IMG/VR virus record: IMGVR_UViG_3300037296_000055
Span: 1-64,000 of that record
Length of the DNA: 64,000 bases
Direction: 5' to 3' (one strand)
From: a virus
Of the stretch, positions 1-8,745 are shown piece after piece. Below the pieces are notes generated by a model that worked only from the letters and a program-made list of their open reading frames with translations, did not search any database and had not been told where the DNA came from. Numbering within the stretch: position 1 is the stretch's first letter; the number at the start of each line of letters is the position of its first letter. A program made the translations under genes and the position numbers.

Positions 1-545
1 AACGCCTCAGCCTTCTTGGGTCCGATACCATCAAGGCCGGGGATCCGGTCCATGTAGTCGCCCAGGAAGAACTGATACTGTAGATAGCGGAATGACTGTG
101 CCACGGTGACATCCTGAAATTCCTGCTTGAGATAGTGCGGATTGTAGTGAAGTCCAGGGACCTGTAGTAGATCCTTGTCAACGGAAAGCATGACACGCTC
201 TGTGCCCTCAGTCTCCGTCATCCAGATGCCCAGCAGGTCATCGGCCTCAAACCCATCCGCGATGAACACGTTCGGTTGTTGGAAGAACCAATCTTTGGCT
301 TCCGCAGCGTGCTCAACTGCGGTCTTCCGACTCTTTACTCTTGCGGGAATGTCTTTGTAGTCAGGATAGAAGTCCTTACGGAAGTTTTTGGGCCCACCCA
401 CAGCCATACGATAGCTGGAGCAGGCAGTTGCGGCTAACCATGAGCTCAGAATGCGCTCGGAGTTTTCCTGGTACATGCCCAGGTCCTCTGACTTCCAGAG
501 AGCAGTATGGTGTAGCACGTCTCCGTCAATTAGTGCCTCTGTCAT
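1..545 (-). CDS. 5'-3' exonuclease (T7 gp6/FEN-like), truncated at window edge
   Basis: Not in the ORF track; manual translation gives MTEALIDGDVL...NFRKDFYPDYK...FEADDLLG...SVDKDLLQVPG...GDYMDRIPGLDGIGPKKA, typical 5' nuclease motifs. Confidence 0.9.
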   Translation of the reverse strand, partial: MTEALIDGDVLHHTALWKSEDLGMYQENSERILSSWLAATACSSYRMAVGGPKNFRKDFYPDYKDIPARVKSRKTAVEHAAEAKDWFFQQPNVFIADGFEADDLLGIWMTETEGTERVMLSVDKDLLQVPGLHYNPHYLKQEFQDVTVAQSFRYLQYQFFLGDYMDRIPGLDGIGPKKAEA

Positions 546-549
546 GGGC

Positions 550-828
550 TTATACCAGCATGCCCATCCGACCTGCTGCCGAGGTGAGCATCTTCTGGGT
601 ATAGAACTTACCCACTGCAGTTTCCATGCCGAAGCGTCGAGCATCCAGGACGTTGCGAGTTTTGGAATACAAGATGTAGTCAGGGTTCCCGTCCGAGAAG
701 AAGAAGGTGTTGTTGCGCGTTGCGTAACGCACGTAACGACCGGACTTGCGGATCTTCTGCAGCATCAGAGAGATGGCGGTTGCGGAAGTCAGCTTACGAG
801 TGGAACCGTTGATACGAATAGTAGTCAT
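550..828 (-). CDS. hypothetical protein
   Basis: ORF tiles in the - strand operon. Confidence 0.6.
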   Translation of the reverse strand: MTTIRINGSTRKLTSATAISLMLQKIRKSGRYVRYATRNNTFFFSDGNPDYILYSKTRNVLDARRFGMETAVGKFYTQKMLTSAAGRMGMLV

Positions 829-846
829 TAGTTTATAGCTTTCAAA

Positions 847-1098
847 TTAGGAGGGGTGTTTAGTGATCCAGTAGACTGGACCTTTTAGTCGATCACGGGT
901 CATGGCCACAGAACCAGACTCCACTGCCCAAAGTTGGTACAGCAGGTCCAGCATCATGTCACGAACCGTCTCTGTCGTGAACCCACTCTTGATGGCCTGT
1001 CGGGCATCGTCGTAGGTCACAACATCAATGATAGTCCCTGATGGTTTCTCATCAAAGTTCTGGATCTCCACAGTGTAACGTCTGGGACCACGGCCCAT
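847..1098 (-). CDS. hypothetical protein
   Basis: Stop/start overlap with upstream neighbour. Confidence 0.65.
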   Translation of the reverse strand: MGRGPRRYTVEIQNFDEKPSGTIIDVVTYDDARQAIKSGFTTETVRDMMLDLLYQLWAVESGSVAMTRDRLKGPVYWITKHPS

Positions 1099-1385
1099 CA
1101 GAAGTTCTCCGGGAGAGAGAAGGCCAGCATGTTGTGCTCTGTATCAAGCATCATGTGAGTGGCCTCCAAAGTAGAACCGTCCGTGAGGTGGAGCTCAGCA
1201 TAGAAGCTGTCTCCGTTCTCGGGGCTTGGTTTCTGGAAGACGATGGAGCGAAGGTCGATCACCTGTTGGGCAGCGTACCCCTGCTGGTAGAGCACCTGGG
1301 TAGTGTCCAGGAACCCTCCAACGTCATCCCGTTCGAAGTGGGTCTTGACAGGCTCAAGGACCCCCGCCATTAGGCGTTCAGCCAC
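1098..1385 (-). CDS. hypothetical protein
   Basis: Tiles in operon. Confidence 0.6.
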   Translation of the reverse strand: MAERLMAGVLEPVKTHFERDDVGGFLDTTQVLYQQGYAAQQVIDLRSIVFQKPSPENGDSFYAELHLTDGSTLEATHMMLDTEHNMLAFSLPENF

Positions 1386-1708
1386 ACGCGACGTTCACCG
1401 GTGCGACGCTCCACCCGGACCACCTGGATCGCCCCGAAGGCTTTTCCCAGCTTGGCATAGTGCAGGTTACGGATCAGCTCCGAGGTCTTCTCAGGGACCT
1501 CACCGCCCAGGAAGTCTTCTGACAGCTCGGTCATAAGCCCGTCATACGACAGGTTGGTCTTGTAGGACTTCAGCTCCTGCTTCGGCGCACCCTCTTCGGT
1601 GCCCTGCACCCCCATCAGCCGGATGTCATAGGCCCAGCGGGTGGAGTTGTCGGAGTTGTAGTTTGCTGTGTTCGAGTACTCAGCTGCTGCTGTCTGTTGA
1701 GTCGTCAT
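1370..1708 (-). CDS. hypothetical protein
   Basis: Start reassigned to MTTQQT after a GGAG RBS. Confidence 0.6.
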   Translation of the reverse strand: MTTQQTAAAEYSNTANYNSDNSTRWAYDIRLMGVQGTEEGAPKQELKSYKTNLSYDGLMTELSEDFLGGEVPEKTSELIRNLHYAKLGKAFGAIQVVRVERRTGERRVWLNA

Positions 1709-1889
1709 GTTGGGTCGCTCCAAGAATTGTGTTGATTTCCCAATCCTGTTCATCCAGGATCTCGTCGTAAGCGCCGGTGCGGAAGAGGAACACTGCCTCG
1801 TCTTCACTAACAGGAATAGCAAAGCTCACCGTGAGCTCCGAAGTAGACTCAGCAGTGATCTTCCACTGCAGAGATTTATCGTTGGCCAT
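1680..1889 (-). CDS. hypothetical protein
   Basis: Tiles in operon. Confidence 0.55.
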   Translation of the reverse strand: MANDKSLQWKITAESTSELTVSFAIPVSEDEAVFLFRTGAYDEILDEQDWEINTILGATQHDDSTDSSS

Positions 1890-2076
1890 GCTTCGCCTCT
1901 CGGGTCATCGCTTGACCGAACCTCACAACCCCTGTGACATCGTCATCGGAGTGGAAGGGGCCTGCGAGAGGCACCCAGCCTGTGCTCAGGTGCTCCGTCA
2001 CACTACTCTCAAGCGTGTGCGCAGCTGCGGAGAAGCCAAAGCCGGATGACCGGATTATCTTGTACTCACTTGTCAT
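1876..2076 (-). CDS. hypothetical protein (DUF1737-like GW.P.GGP pattern)
   Basis: YKII...LESSVTEHLSTGWVPLAGP...QAM pattern. Confidence 0.55.
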   Translation of the reverse strand: MTSEYKIIRSSGFGFSAAAHTLESSVTEHLSTGWVPLAGPFHSDDDVTGVVRFGQAMTREAKHGQR

Positions 2077-2329
2077 AGGTTTCTTTCACCAGCTCCCGGT
2101 AAGTGCGTTGTTCTGCGTGGGCCATGTACAGACCTGCATCTGTCAGGGCACGTTCCGTCCTGGTCGGGTTGCTATGCCGATTGAGCTGGACAGTATAGAA
2201 GTAACCATCCAACTCTTTCGTGTAACCGAAGGCTTGCGCCACTGCCCGTACTTCTTCTTCGAGTTTCTTCAAGGACATTGATTGTTCCTGTTGTGTTATG
2301 TTACGTGAGGTTAGTGGACCTCGGCCCAA
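2066..2329 (-). CDS. hypothetical protein (true start probably MSLKK)
   Basis: Tiles between DNA polymerase and next gene. Confidence 0.55.
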   Translation of the reverse strand: MGRGPLTSRNITQQEQSMSLKKLEEEVRAVAQAFGYTKELDGYFYTVQLNRHSNPTRTERALTDAGLYMAHAEQRTYRELVKETYDK

Positions 2330-4332
2330 TTCTTGCCGATCTTCGCTTCTCCTGCCATTATGGTAATGCCAAAAGCTTTTGGGGCTTCAGCATAGGCCAA
2401 CGCAGCAAGCTCACGAGCTTCCTCAGCATGGGCGTCCTCAATAAGGAACTCCATCTCGTCATGGTAGTTGATCAGCGGTTGCCAATCCCAACCACGGGAG
2501 TTGAGTTCGTCTTGCAGCCACGTTGCCGCAGCAGCACAAGTAACTTTCTCACACGACTGTAACAGATAGTTCAGCGCTTTGTGCTTCGAGTCGCAGTAGA
2601 TGTTGCGTCCGTCAATCGCAGGAATGTAAGCTCGGGAAGCTCCATACCGCGACTTTGTGTTCTGGAACTGTGTTTCCACCATCCCCACAAGACGAGCGAA
2701 CCCAGGGATCCTCTTGGCGAAGATGTCCTTTGCTTTCTTTCCGATCGCGGCGTTACGTGCACCGGTCAGGATCAGCCCGATCTTACCATCGCCACCTCCG
2801 AAGATGTAAGCGTAGAAGAAGGGCTTGGCAGTACCACGCTTGGTATCAGGTACGACTTCAGACAGAATGCTCGCATGGAGGTTGTGGATATCTTCCTCAA
2901 TCCCGACTCGAGTGTACTCCTTAGCGTCTGGCCCTAGGTAGTGGCAGAGTGCTCGAAACTGGTTGCCTGAGCTATCAGCGCCGACCATCTGGTACCCTGG
3001 TATAGTGACAAACAAGGCCCTGATCTGTGGTCCCCAGGCTCGCTCTGCAACGTGCAGCACGGTACCGGCAGGGAGTATCTTTTCAGGAAGCCAGGGTTCA
3101 GGATTTGTCAGATCCGCTTTGATCTTCTTGTCCTTGATCCAGTCCTTACCATCACTCACAAACACCTCGGTATCAGCCTTGGGAATGTTCGCAATGATCT
3201 TGTGGACAGAACGGCCTGTGGGAGTACCGATCACGAAGCACTCTCCGTGCAGTCGGCCCTCAGGTGTCACGCCCTCGATCCAGCCATTCAGAACGGCCAG
3301 ACGAGACTTGGAAGTCAGGTAGTTGTCCACCACGAACCCGTCATGACCCAGCAGGGCCAACGAGGTTGAGGTGATCTTCTCCGAAGTCTTTACAGGTCCC
3401 TTGGGGGTTTTCTTGTAGTTCCAGTCGTCAGGGACCCAGCCAATGCTGTAGAGATAGGCTTTGATCGAGTCCGGGCTCGCCACGTCTGGTTGGACATACG
3501 CGACCCGAGTAAAAGTACCCCATACAGTTCTTCGGTCTTCTTGTCCGTCGGACTGTTCGACTCCGAACCATCGGGCTGTGAAGGCATTGTAATCTCCTTT
3601 CATGGTCCAGACGGGGTCCTTGGTATTGTTTGACTCCTGGTAACCGTCGACCGCAACGGCCTTCAGCATCAGGCGAGGAACCAAGTATTCCTCAAAGCTA
3701 GCACAAGCATCCTGCAGTCGTTTCTGCAGAGCCAGAGCGGCAGGCTTGTCGAAAGGAAAGCCACGATACTGAGCCTCAGACACAAACTCGGAGATACCGT
3801 GCTCGACCCGAAGGCCCTCACGGATACGATCCTTGAACTTGTGCTTGTCGAACTCGGCCATCAGGTGGCGATAAGTCATAACGTTGATTTCGACGTCTTC
3901 AACGCAGCGTGTGATCATCTCGTCTGAGAAGCGATCCCACTCATCATGTTCCGGCTTTGGTTTCTTGAAGAACTTACCCCACATGGCAAGTCCGTGTCCG
4001 AAGCCGAACCTTTTGTAATCCAGGACTTGAGACCAGATCATTGTGTCCACGATGTTGATGTGGAACGGTATCCGGTAGCCCAGGATCTTTCTGAAGAGTT
4101 TGCTGTCATACATGATAATGTTATGACCTGCAAGGGTATCACAAGACGACAAGAACGCGGGCAAGTCTGCCAGAGGAGCAAGAGTGTAGCCCTCCGGAAA
4201 CTTCCCGGTCTCGTCAGAGAAGATGAACCGTTCGTTGTTCGCGATATCCTCAGCGACCACAAGCCAAATCTTCGTTACACCAGGTAACAGGTTATTGGCC
4301 TCGGCGTCGAAAATCACTACACGAGGTTCCAT
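2311..4332 (-). CDS. DNA polymerase, family A (T7-like) with 3'-5' exonuclease
   Basis: ExoI FDAE, ExoII GHNIIMYD, ExoIII RCVEDV; motif A GADSSGNQ, motif B RGTAKPFFYAYIFG, motif C NYHDE. Confidence 0.97.
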   Translation of the reverse strand: MEPRVVIFDAEANNLLPGVTKIWLVVAEDIANNERFIFSDETGKFPEGYTLAPLADLPAFLSSCDTLAGHNIIMYDSKLFRKILGYRIPFHINIVDTMIWSQVLDYKRFGFGHGLAMWGKFFKKPKPEHDEWDRFSDEMITRCVEDVEINVMTYRHLMAEFDKHKFKDRIREGLRVEHGISEFVSEAQYRGFPFDKPAALALQKRLQDACASFEEYLVPRLMLKAVAVDGYQESNNTKDPVWTMKGDYNAFTARWFGVEQSDGQEDRRTVWGTFTRVAYVQPDVASPDSIKAYLYSIGWVPDDWNYKKTPKGPVKTSEKITSTSLALLGHDGFVVDNYLTSKSRLAVLNGWIEGVTPEGRLHGECFVIGTPTGRSVHKIIANIPKADTEVFVSDGKDWIKDKKIKADLTNPEPWLPEKILPAGTVLHVAERAWGPQIRALFVTIPGYQMVGADSSGNQFRALCHYLGPDAKEYTRVGIEEDIHNLHASILSEVVPDTKRGTAKPFFYAYIFGGGDGKIGLILTGARNAAIGKKAKDIFAKRIPGFARLVGMVETQFQNTKSRYGASRAYIPAIDGRNIYCDSKHKALNYLLQSCEKVTCAAAATWLQDELNSRGWDWQPLINYHDEMEFLIEDAHAEEARELAALAYAEAPKAFGITIMAGEAKIGKNWAEVH

Positions 4333-4351
4333 AAGTAGTAGTCCTTAAAAG

Positions 4352-5185
4352 TTAGAGCTTTTTAGCAAGCTCAATGATATAGTCGAGGGCGTTCTCCGGC
4401 CCATCGGTTTCCGCCTCAAGCTTACGCAGCAAGGGCTGGAATGAGTTAGTGTCGACGCCCTTCAGTTGGTCCAGCACAACCTCACGGTCAGACCAGTCAA
4501 ACTTGATGGCGTTCTGCAGGATCAGAAGCTGCTGCAGGGGGTCCAGAGTCCACCCACGCTTGACGAACTTCTTCACCCGTAGCAGGGAGGTAAGGGGAAA
4601 CAAAGACCCCTCGTAGACGAGCTGTTTGGTGGCCAGGGCAGAGAGGCCCACGACCGAGCCCTTGATCTCGTCGATGGCCGGATCGTAGAAGAACCGGCAG
4701 TGAGCAAAGTCGAAGGACTGAAGCACGTCCGTCGGCTGACCGATGAAGCGGAAGATGCACTGGACCTTGGCATCAAGACCCTTGATTTCCATCGTCAGAG
4801 CATTGTCCGAGATGAACACCAGACGGGTCTGGCCCTCCACCGGAGCTTTGTTCCCTGAGGCCACCACGTCCGCCGAGAGGGACATGGTCATGGTGTCAGC
4901 ATGGTAAGGCTCAGGAGCCCGAGGAGTCAGGACGTACGCGCCACCGGTGAAGGGAACACGATCGTTGAGGGCCTGGACGACCAGCGCAGCGACGTGAGCG
5001 TCCTTGAAGTACAGGTCATAGTCGTTGACCTTGCTCTTGGTCAGGAGTGAGGTGACAGCGCCACCGGCAATGAACACCAGCTCGTTGAAGTCCTTGCGGG
5101 AGATCGAGGTGTGGAGCTGGAGCGCATCGAAGACGGAGTCAAGGACCGCTTTGAGCTTGACTTTGGCGTAGGCTTGTGTGGACAT
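4352..5185 (-). CDS. Pol-beta superfamily nucleotidyltransferase
   Basis: IAGGAVTSLL...NDYDLYF signature and FDFAHC motif. Confidence 0.8.
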   Translation of the reverse strand: MSTQAYAKVKLKAVLDSVFDALQLHTSISRKDFNELVFIAGGAVTSLLTKSKVNDYDLYFKDAHVAALVVQALNDRVPFTGGAYVLTPRAPEPYHADTMTMSLSADVVASGNKAPVEGQTRLVFISDNALTMEIKGLDAKVQCIFRFIGQPTDVLQSFDFAHCRFFYDPAIDEIKGSVVGLSALATKQLVYEGSLFPLTSLLRVKKFVKRGWTLDPLQQLLILQNAIKFDWSDREVVLDQLKGVDTNSFQPLLRKLEAETDGPENALDYIIELAKKL

Positions 5186-5475
5186 CAGTTATTTCCTCGA
5201 ACTGCTCGGTTGATTTGGGTTAGTAAGACATCGGAGAGTTCCCCGGCATGTCCCGAATAAACAGCAGTAAGGTATTGAGTGCGTCCCTTCTGGGAGCGAG
5301 AACGTGGGACCTTCAATTTGATCACCAGTTCGAGAGCCAACTCTCCGTCCTTGTTACGGGACTGGATGTTGCGTAGATCAGTCAGTGCTTGATGCGCCTT
5401 ACGGCGTAGATGTCCGGGTTGTTTCTGATGGGGCATACGAATACCGTACTGCACCCGACCCGGTAGTGTACTCAC
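5185..5475 (-). CDS. hypothetical protein
   Basis: Overlapping stop/start on both sides. Confidence 0.6.
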   Translation of the reverse strand: MSTLPGRVQYGIRMPHQKQPGHLRRKAHQALTDLRNIQSRNKDGELALELVIKLKVPRSRSQKGRTQYLTAVYSGHAGELSDVLLTQINRAVRGNN

Positions 5476-5948
5476 CGGAAGTACGACGCTGTTGCTTTGA
5501 GGGCGTCAGCCAGGTTGTCATGGACCTCGGTGGCCATTGTCAGAACGAAGGGATGGTCCATCTTGTGTCCTTCTGGGAAAATCATGATGACAGGGATGCC
5601 AAGCTTCCAGGCCAGGACCATCTCGGAGATGGAGCCCCAGCAACGGAGGTTCAGATCGTTCATCTGTTGGAGGTTGATCAGCACCACACGGGACTGTTCG
5701 ATGTCGTGGATGTCCTGCAGAGTGATGCGCTTAGCAACATTCGCAGGGTTGGCCGCAGCCTGTTCGCGGTAGGACTCGCGGCTGGTGGGGTCACGGACGT
5801 AGATCGGTTCTTCGTACTCTTCGTCGCCTGTGAAGCGAGCGTTGAAGAACTCGGTGGCCTCTACACGCCACTCGGTCATCTGCTCATGGGTCAGACCTTC
5901 CATAGGTCCGGCCAGATAGACGTCATAGCTCAGGTTCTTTACGGTCAT
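5472..5948 (-). CDS. nucleoside 2-deoxyribosyltransferase-like / dNMP N-glycosidase
   Basis: VYLAGPM, DIHDIEQSRVVLINL, GSISEMVLAWKLGIPVI. Confidence 0.85.
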   Translation of the reverse strand: MTVKNLSYDVYLAGPMEGLTHEQMTEWRVEATEFFNARFTGDEEYEEPIYVRDPTSRESYREQAAANPANVAKRITLQDIHDIEQSRVVLINLQQMNDLNLRCWGSISEMVLAWKLGIPVIMIFPEGHKMDHPFVLTMATEVHDNLADALKATASYFR

Positions 5949-6478
5949 ACGTTTCGAGTCCTCTCGATTATTTCGTCGATATTGACAGGTGTGTAGCGTG
6001 AGTGCTCGACACACGCATTGAAGTAGTGAGGGTCTTGAATTAGCTTCCTGTGAATGTGTCCGTGGACGTTCACCATCAGCCCACCATCATCACGCCCACG
6101 ATGGAGCGGAGCGGAGTGCAGGGGACGGTGTGACAGGATCAAAGTGGTCGTGGCAAGCTTGAACGTACGATCTGCCATGACCTGAGAGAAGTAGGGGAAG
6201 AGCTCACCGATGTTGTCATGGTTGCCCACAACAAGCCGCTTACGCCCTCCCAGCCTGTGCCAGTTATGCTTCATCCATTCCTGACGATCCTTCCCCATCA
6301 CGATGTCACCCAGCCAGTACACCTTGTCTCCAGGGCGCACCACCGTATTGTGACGCTCGATGATGGTCTCGTTCATTTCCTCAACAGAAGTGAACTCCGG
6401 TCGCCCGGAAAGTCCCCACCCCAACATGTTACCATGGTTGAAGTGAGGGTCAGAGATTACCCAAATAGATCGGGCCAT
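5945..6478 (-). CDS. calcineurin-like metallophosphoesterase
   Basis: SDPHFNH, LGD, GNHD, SHRP, HGHIH motifs. Confidence 0.95.
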   Translation of the reverse strand: MARSIWVISDPHFNHGNMLGWGLSGRPEFTSVEEMNETIIERHNTVVRPGDKVYWLGDIVMGKDRQEWMKHNWHRLGGRKRLVVGNHDNIGELFPYFSQVMADRTFKLATTTLILSHRPLHSAPLHRGRDDGGLMVNVHGHIHRKLIQDPHYFNACVEHSRYTPVNIDEIIERTRNV

Positions 6479-6487
6479 AGTTATTCC

Positions 6488-6769
6488 TTAGTTGCAGATG
6501 AAGAGTTGGTTATCCTTCGTCTTGCGGAGATTGTTATAGAGCTCAACCTGAACACGGTTGTTGTTGATGTTGCGCACTCGCAGGACCTTGGTGGTCCCGT
6601 TCTGGAACAGCCGGGGCTTGCCCAGAAGCTTGCCCTTGTACAGGAGAGTTAGTTGCTCCCCCATGCAGCCGTCAACACGGTAGACCAGCACAGTGCGACC
6701 CTGCCACCACCATAGCTTCGGCGGGAGACCGAAACTCATGTTGAGGACGTGTGCCGCCAGAGAGCTCAT
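6488..6769 (-). CDS. hypothetical protein
   Basis: Tiles in operon. Confidence 0.55.
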   Translation of the reverse strand: MSSLAAHVLNMSFGLPPKLWWWQGRTVLVYRVDGCMGEQLTLLYKGKLLGKPRLFQNGTTKVLRVRNINNNRVQVELYNNLRKTKDNQLFICN

Positions 6770-7101
6770 TCTTCGAGTCGGGTTTTGAGGCCCATCTTGT
6801 CAGTGGTGGCGTTGAACTTGGCCACAGTGGCAGGCCAGATTTCCAGACCCAGCTGGTTTGCCAGGAGGTCCAGAGTGATCATCACATCACCGATCTCTTC
6901 AGCAATGTTCTGCCAGTCGCCCTTCGCAGTACCGATACCTCGTTGCTCCTTGACCAGCTTCTTCACAGCGTTACAGAGCTCACCGGCTTCCCCGGCAAAC
7001 TCCATAGCCCGGAAGCTAAGGTCGATCTTCCCATCACCAGGATACTCCAGGGAGCGGGCTTGAGAAGCTTCACGGAGCAGTTGTAGGTTGTCAGCATTCA
7101 T
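6766..7101 (-). CDS. MazG-like NTP pyrophosphohydrolase
   Basis: GEAGELCNAVKK...EEIGDV...KFN. Confidence 0.9.
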   Translation of the reverse strand: MNADNLQLLREASQARSLEYPGDGKIDLSFRAMEFAGEAGELCNAVKKLVKEQRGIGTAKGDWQNIAEEIGDVMITLDLLANQLGLEIWPATVAKFNATTDKMGLKTRLEE

Positions 7102-7121
7102 AGTAGTAAGTCCTTACAGAA

Positions 7122-7439
7122 TTAGGAAAGCAGGATACGTTCTAGTTGCTCAAGACGAGCGCGGGTACGCTGCAGCTCTTTGTGCAGCTCCGACTCAGCG
7201 TTCACCACCCGACCTGGGATTTGATGTTCATACAGGCCGATGTTGCGGGAGAGCACTCCACCCAGCTGACGACGCTGTTGCTCACGCCGCATGGTCCAGG
7301 CCTTGTGCGCAAGACCCCTTTCCTCGGCCTGATTGATAGCCCGTGCCAGGTGATCAGACTCCATGTTCCGGTAGCGGATGTAGCCGAAGCGGTTGCGCCA
7401 CATGCCGAGACGGTTCTGATAGATTTCATTAGAAAACAT
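7122..7439 (-). CDS. hypothetical protein
   Basis: Tiles in operon. Confidence 0.6.
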   Translation of the reverse strand: MFSNEIYQNRLGMWRNRFGYIRYRNMESDHLARAINQAEERGLAHKAWTMRREQQRRQLGGVLSRNIGLYEHQIPGRVVNAESELHKELQRTRARLEQLERILLS

Positions 7440-7729
7440 TATACGGCCCTACTCCTAGTTGTAGTTGTGAGAAGTTCTTCGATCAGTTCCTGCTCCTGCA
7501 GGTCAAACAGGGTCATGGCCCCGCGAGAGTAGGAGACGACCGTTACGTCCTCCTCCAACCCAGACTCCACGAACAGGTGGTTCTGAGCTTCTTCAAGAGA
7601 TCCGAATGAGCCGTAAGCACGGGCATCCATATGGAAAGTCCAGTGGTAGGGGTTTGCGTCCCTGTTCTCAAGGAAGTAGAACCACTGGTTGTAGGGTGTT
7701 CCGTAGAACTCAACCTGCCGCAGGGACAT
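7439..7729 (-). CDS. hypothetical protein
   Basis: Start reassigned to MSLRQ after GGAG. Confidence 0.55.
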   Translation of the reverse strand: MSLRQVEFYGTPYNQWFYFLENRDANPYHWTFHMDARAYGSFGSLEEAQNHLFVESGLEEDVTVVSYSRGAMTLFDLQEQELIEELLTTTTRSRAV

Positions 7730-7925
7730 CTTGGCTCCACAGAAAGTTGCAGTCTTTGAGGGCGAAGTCACGATGCGCCTCCTTGTCCAGGTCATAGGCT
7801 TTGAACATCCACTGGTCTTCCGGATGCCACGAGGTCTGACCCCAATAAAAAACCGGATCACTTGCTCGACGTATCGAGAGCTTTCCGGCGTAGTTCTTGT
7901 AGAGGAAGGTTATTGAGGGAGCCAT
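7710..7925 (-). CDS. stand-alone WYL-like domain protein
   Basis: ITFLYKNYAGK..IR...WHPEDQWMFKAYDLDKEAHRDFALKD. Confidence 0.7.
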   Translation of the reverse strand: MAPSITFLYKNYAGKLSIRRASDPVFYWGQTSWHPEDQWMFKAYDLDKEAHRDFALKDCNFLWSQDVPAAG

Positions 7926-8293
7926 GAAGAGGCCTTTCCAATTAGTGCTTTGACCTTGTAGGTCAGTAGTGCCCAGTTCACGGTGACGATAGAGTCAGCG
8001 CGGACGTAAGGGACGTTGTAGACCCGGTTAGGCGACTTGCGCCAGATGCCGGTGGAGACTGAGACCTGCTCACCTGCGAAGATGATGTTGGGGTTCAGCT
8101 CCAGATCGCGTCGTTCTGCTTTGTTGCCGTTCGAAAGATATCCCAAGGCTTGTTGCCTCCTATGTGGGGTGGAGAAGGCCCGAAGGCCCTCCCCGAAGAG
8201 GTTGGTCGTATCAATAGACCAGTGCGGTTTCCGAGTCTTCCTCGTCCACAATGGTAACATCATCAGACAGTACGATGTCCGTGTCGTCTTCAC
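7910..8293 (-). CDS. hypothetical protein (start uncertain, probably shorter)
   Basis: Fills the gap between SSB and the WYL gene. Confidence 0.4.
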   Translation of the reverse strand: MKTTRTSYCLMMLPLWTRKTRKPHWSIDTTNLFGEGLRAFSTPHRRQQALGYLSNGNKAERRDLELNPNIIFAGEQVSVSTGIWRKSPNRVYNVPYVRADSIVTVNWALLTYKVKALIGKASSWLPQ

Positions 8294-8726
8294 GCACAGG
8301 GCGCTTCAACAGCTGACGGACAGCGACAGTCTTTAGTGTCCGGTATTTCTCCTTGCCGTTGACATACAGGCTGAAGGCGATGGTGCCCACAGAACCATTG
8401 CCGATGGCGAAGGGGTCCAGATCGTCGCCATTCCCCAGCATTACCTTGGGCGGCGTACGTGGCTTGTCCTTGTCGTCGATTTGACCGGCGGTATCCTCGA
8501 CAGGATCGTAAGCGCGGGCAGAGATGGTGGAGCGATAGAATACGCCCTCATCATCCTCGTCCATTTTTACCGAGAAGCCATACTCCTTGGCCCACAACTT
8601 GGATTGCTCCTTGTCCCGCGTACGGAACTGCAAGCGCCAGCGGAAAGGACCTTTGTCCTCGAATTGCTCTGGGTGCTCAGGGTGCAGGCGTGGGTAGAAG
8701 ATGGCGACATTATCGATAACTGGCAT
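8211..8726 (-). CDS. putative single-stranded DNA-binding protein
   Basis: IGNGSVG pattern, acidic C-terminal tail ending in an aromatic residue, located next to RNAP in the replication arm; RBS AAGGAAACTACTAC-ATG. Confidence 0.65.
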   Translation of the reverse strand: MPVIDNVAIFYPRLHPEHPEQFEDKGPFRWRLQFRTRDKEQSKLWAKEYGFSVKMDEDDEGVFYRSTISARAYDPVEDTAGQIDDKDKPRTPPKVMLGNGDDLDPFAIGNGSVGTIAFSLYVNGKEKYRTLKTVAVRQLLKRPVREDDTDIVLSDDVTIVDEEDSETALVY

Positions 8727-8745
8727 GTAGTAGTTTCCTTTTGGA

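Noticed and set aside
3040-3180. Intein or intron in the DNA polymerase
   Set aside because: Insertion is only ~45 aa with no Cys/Ser...His-Asn splice motifs, and the frame is continuous
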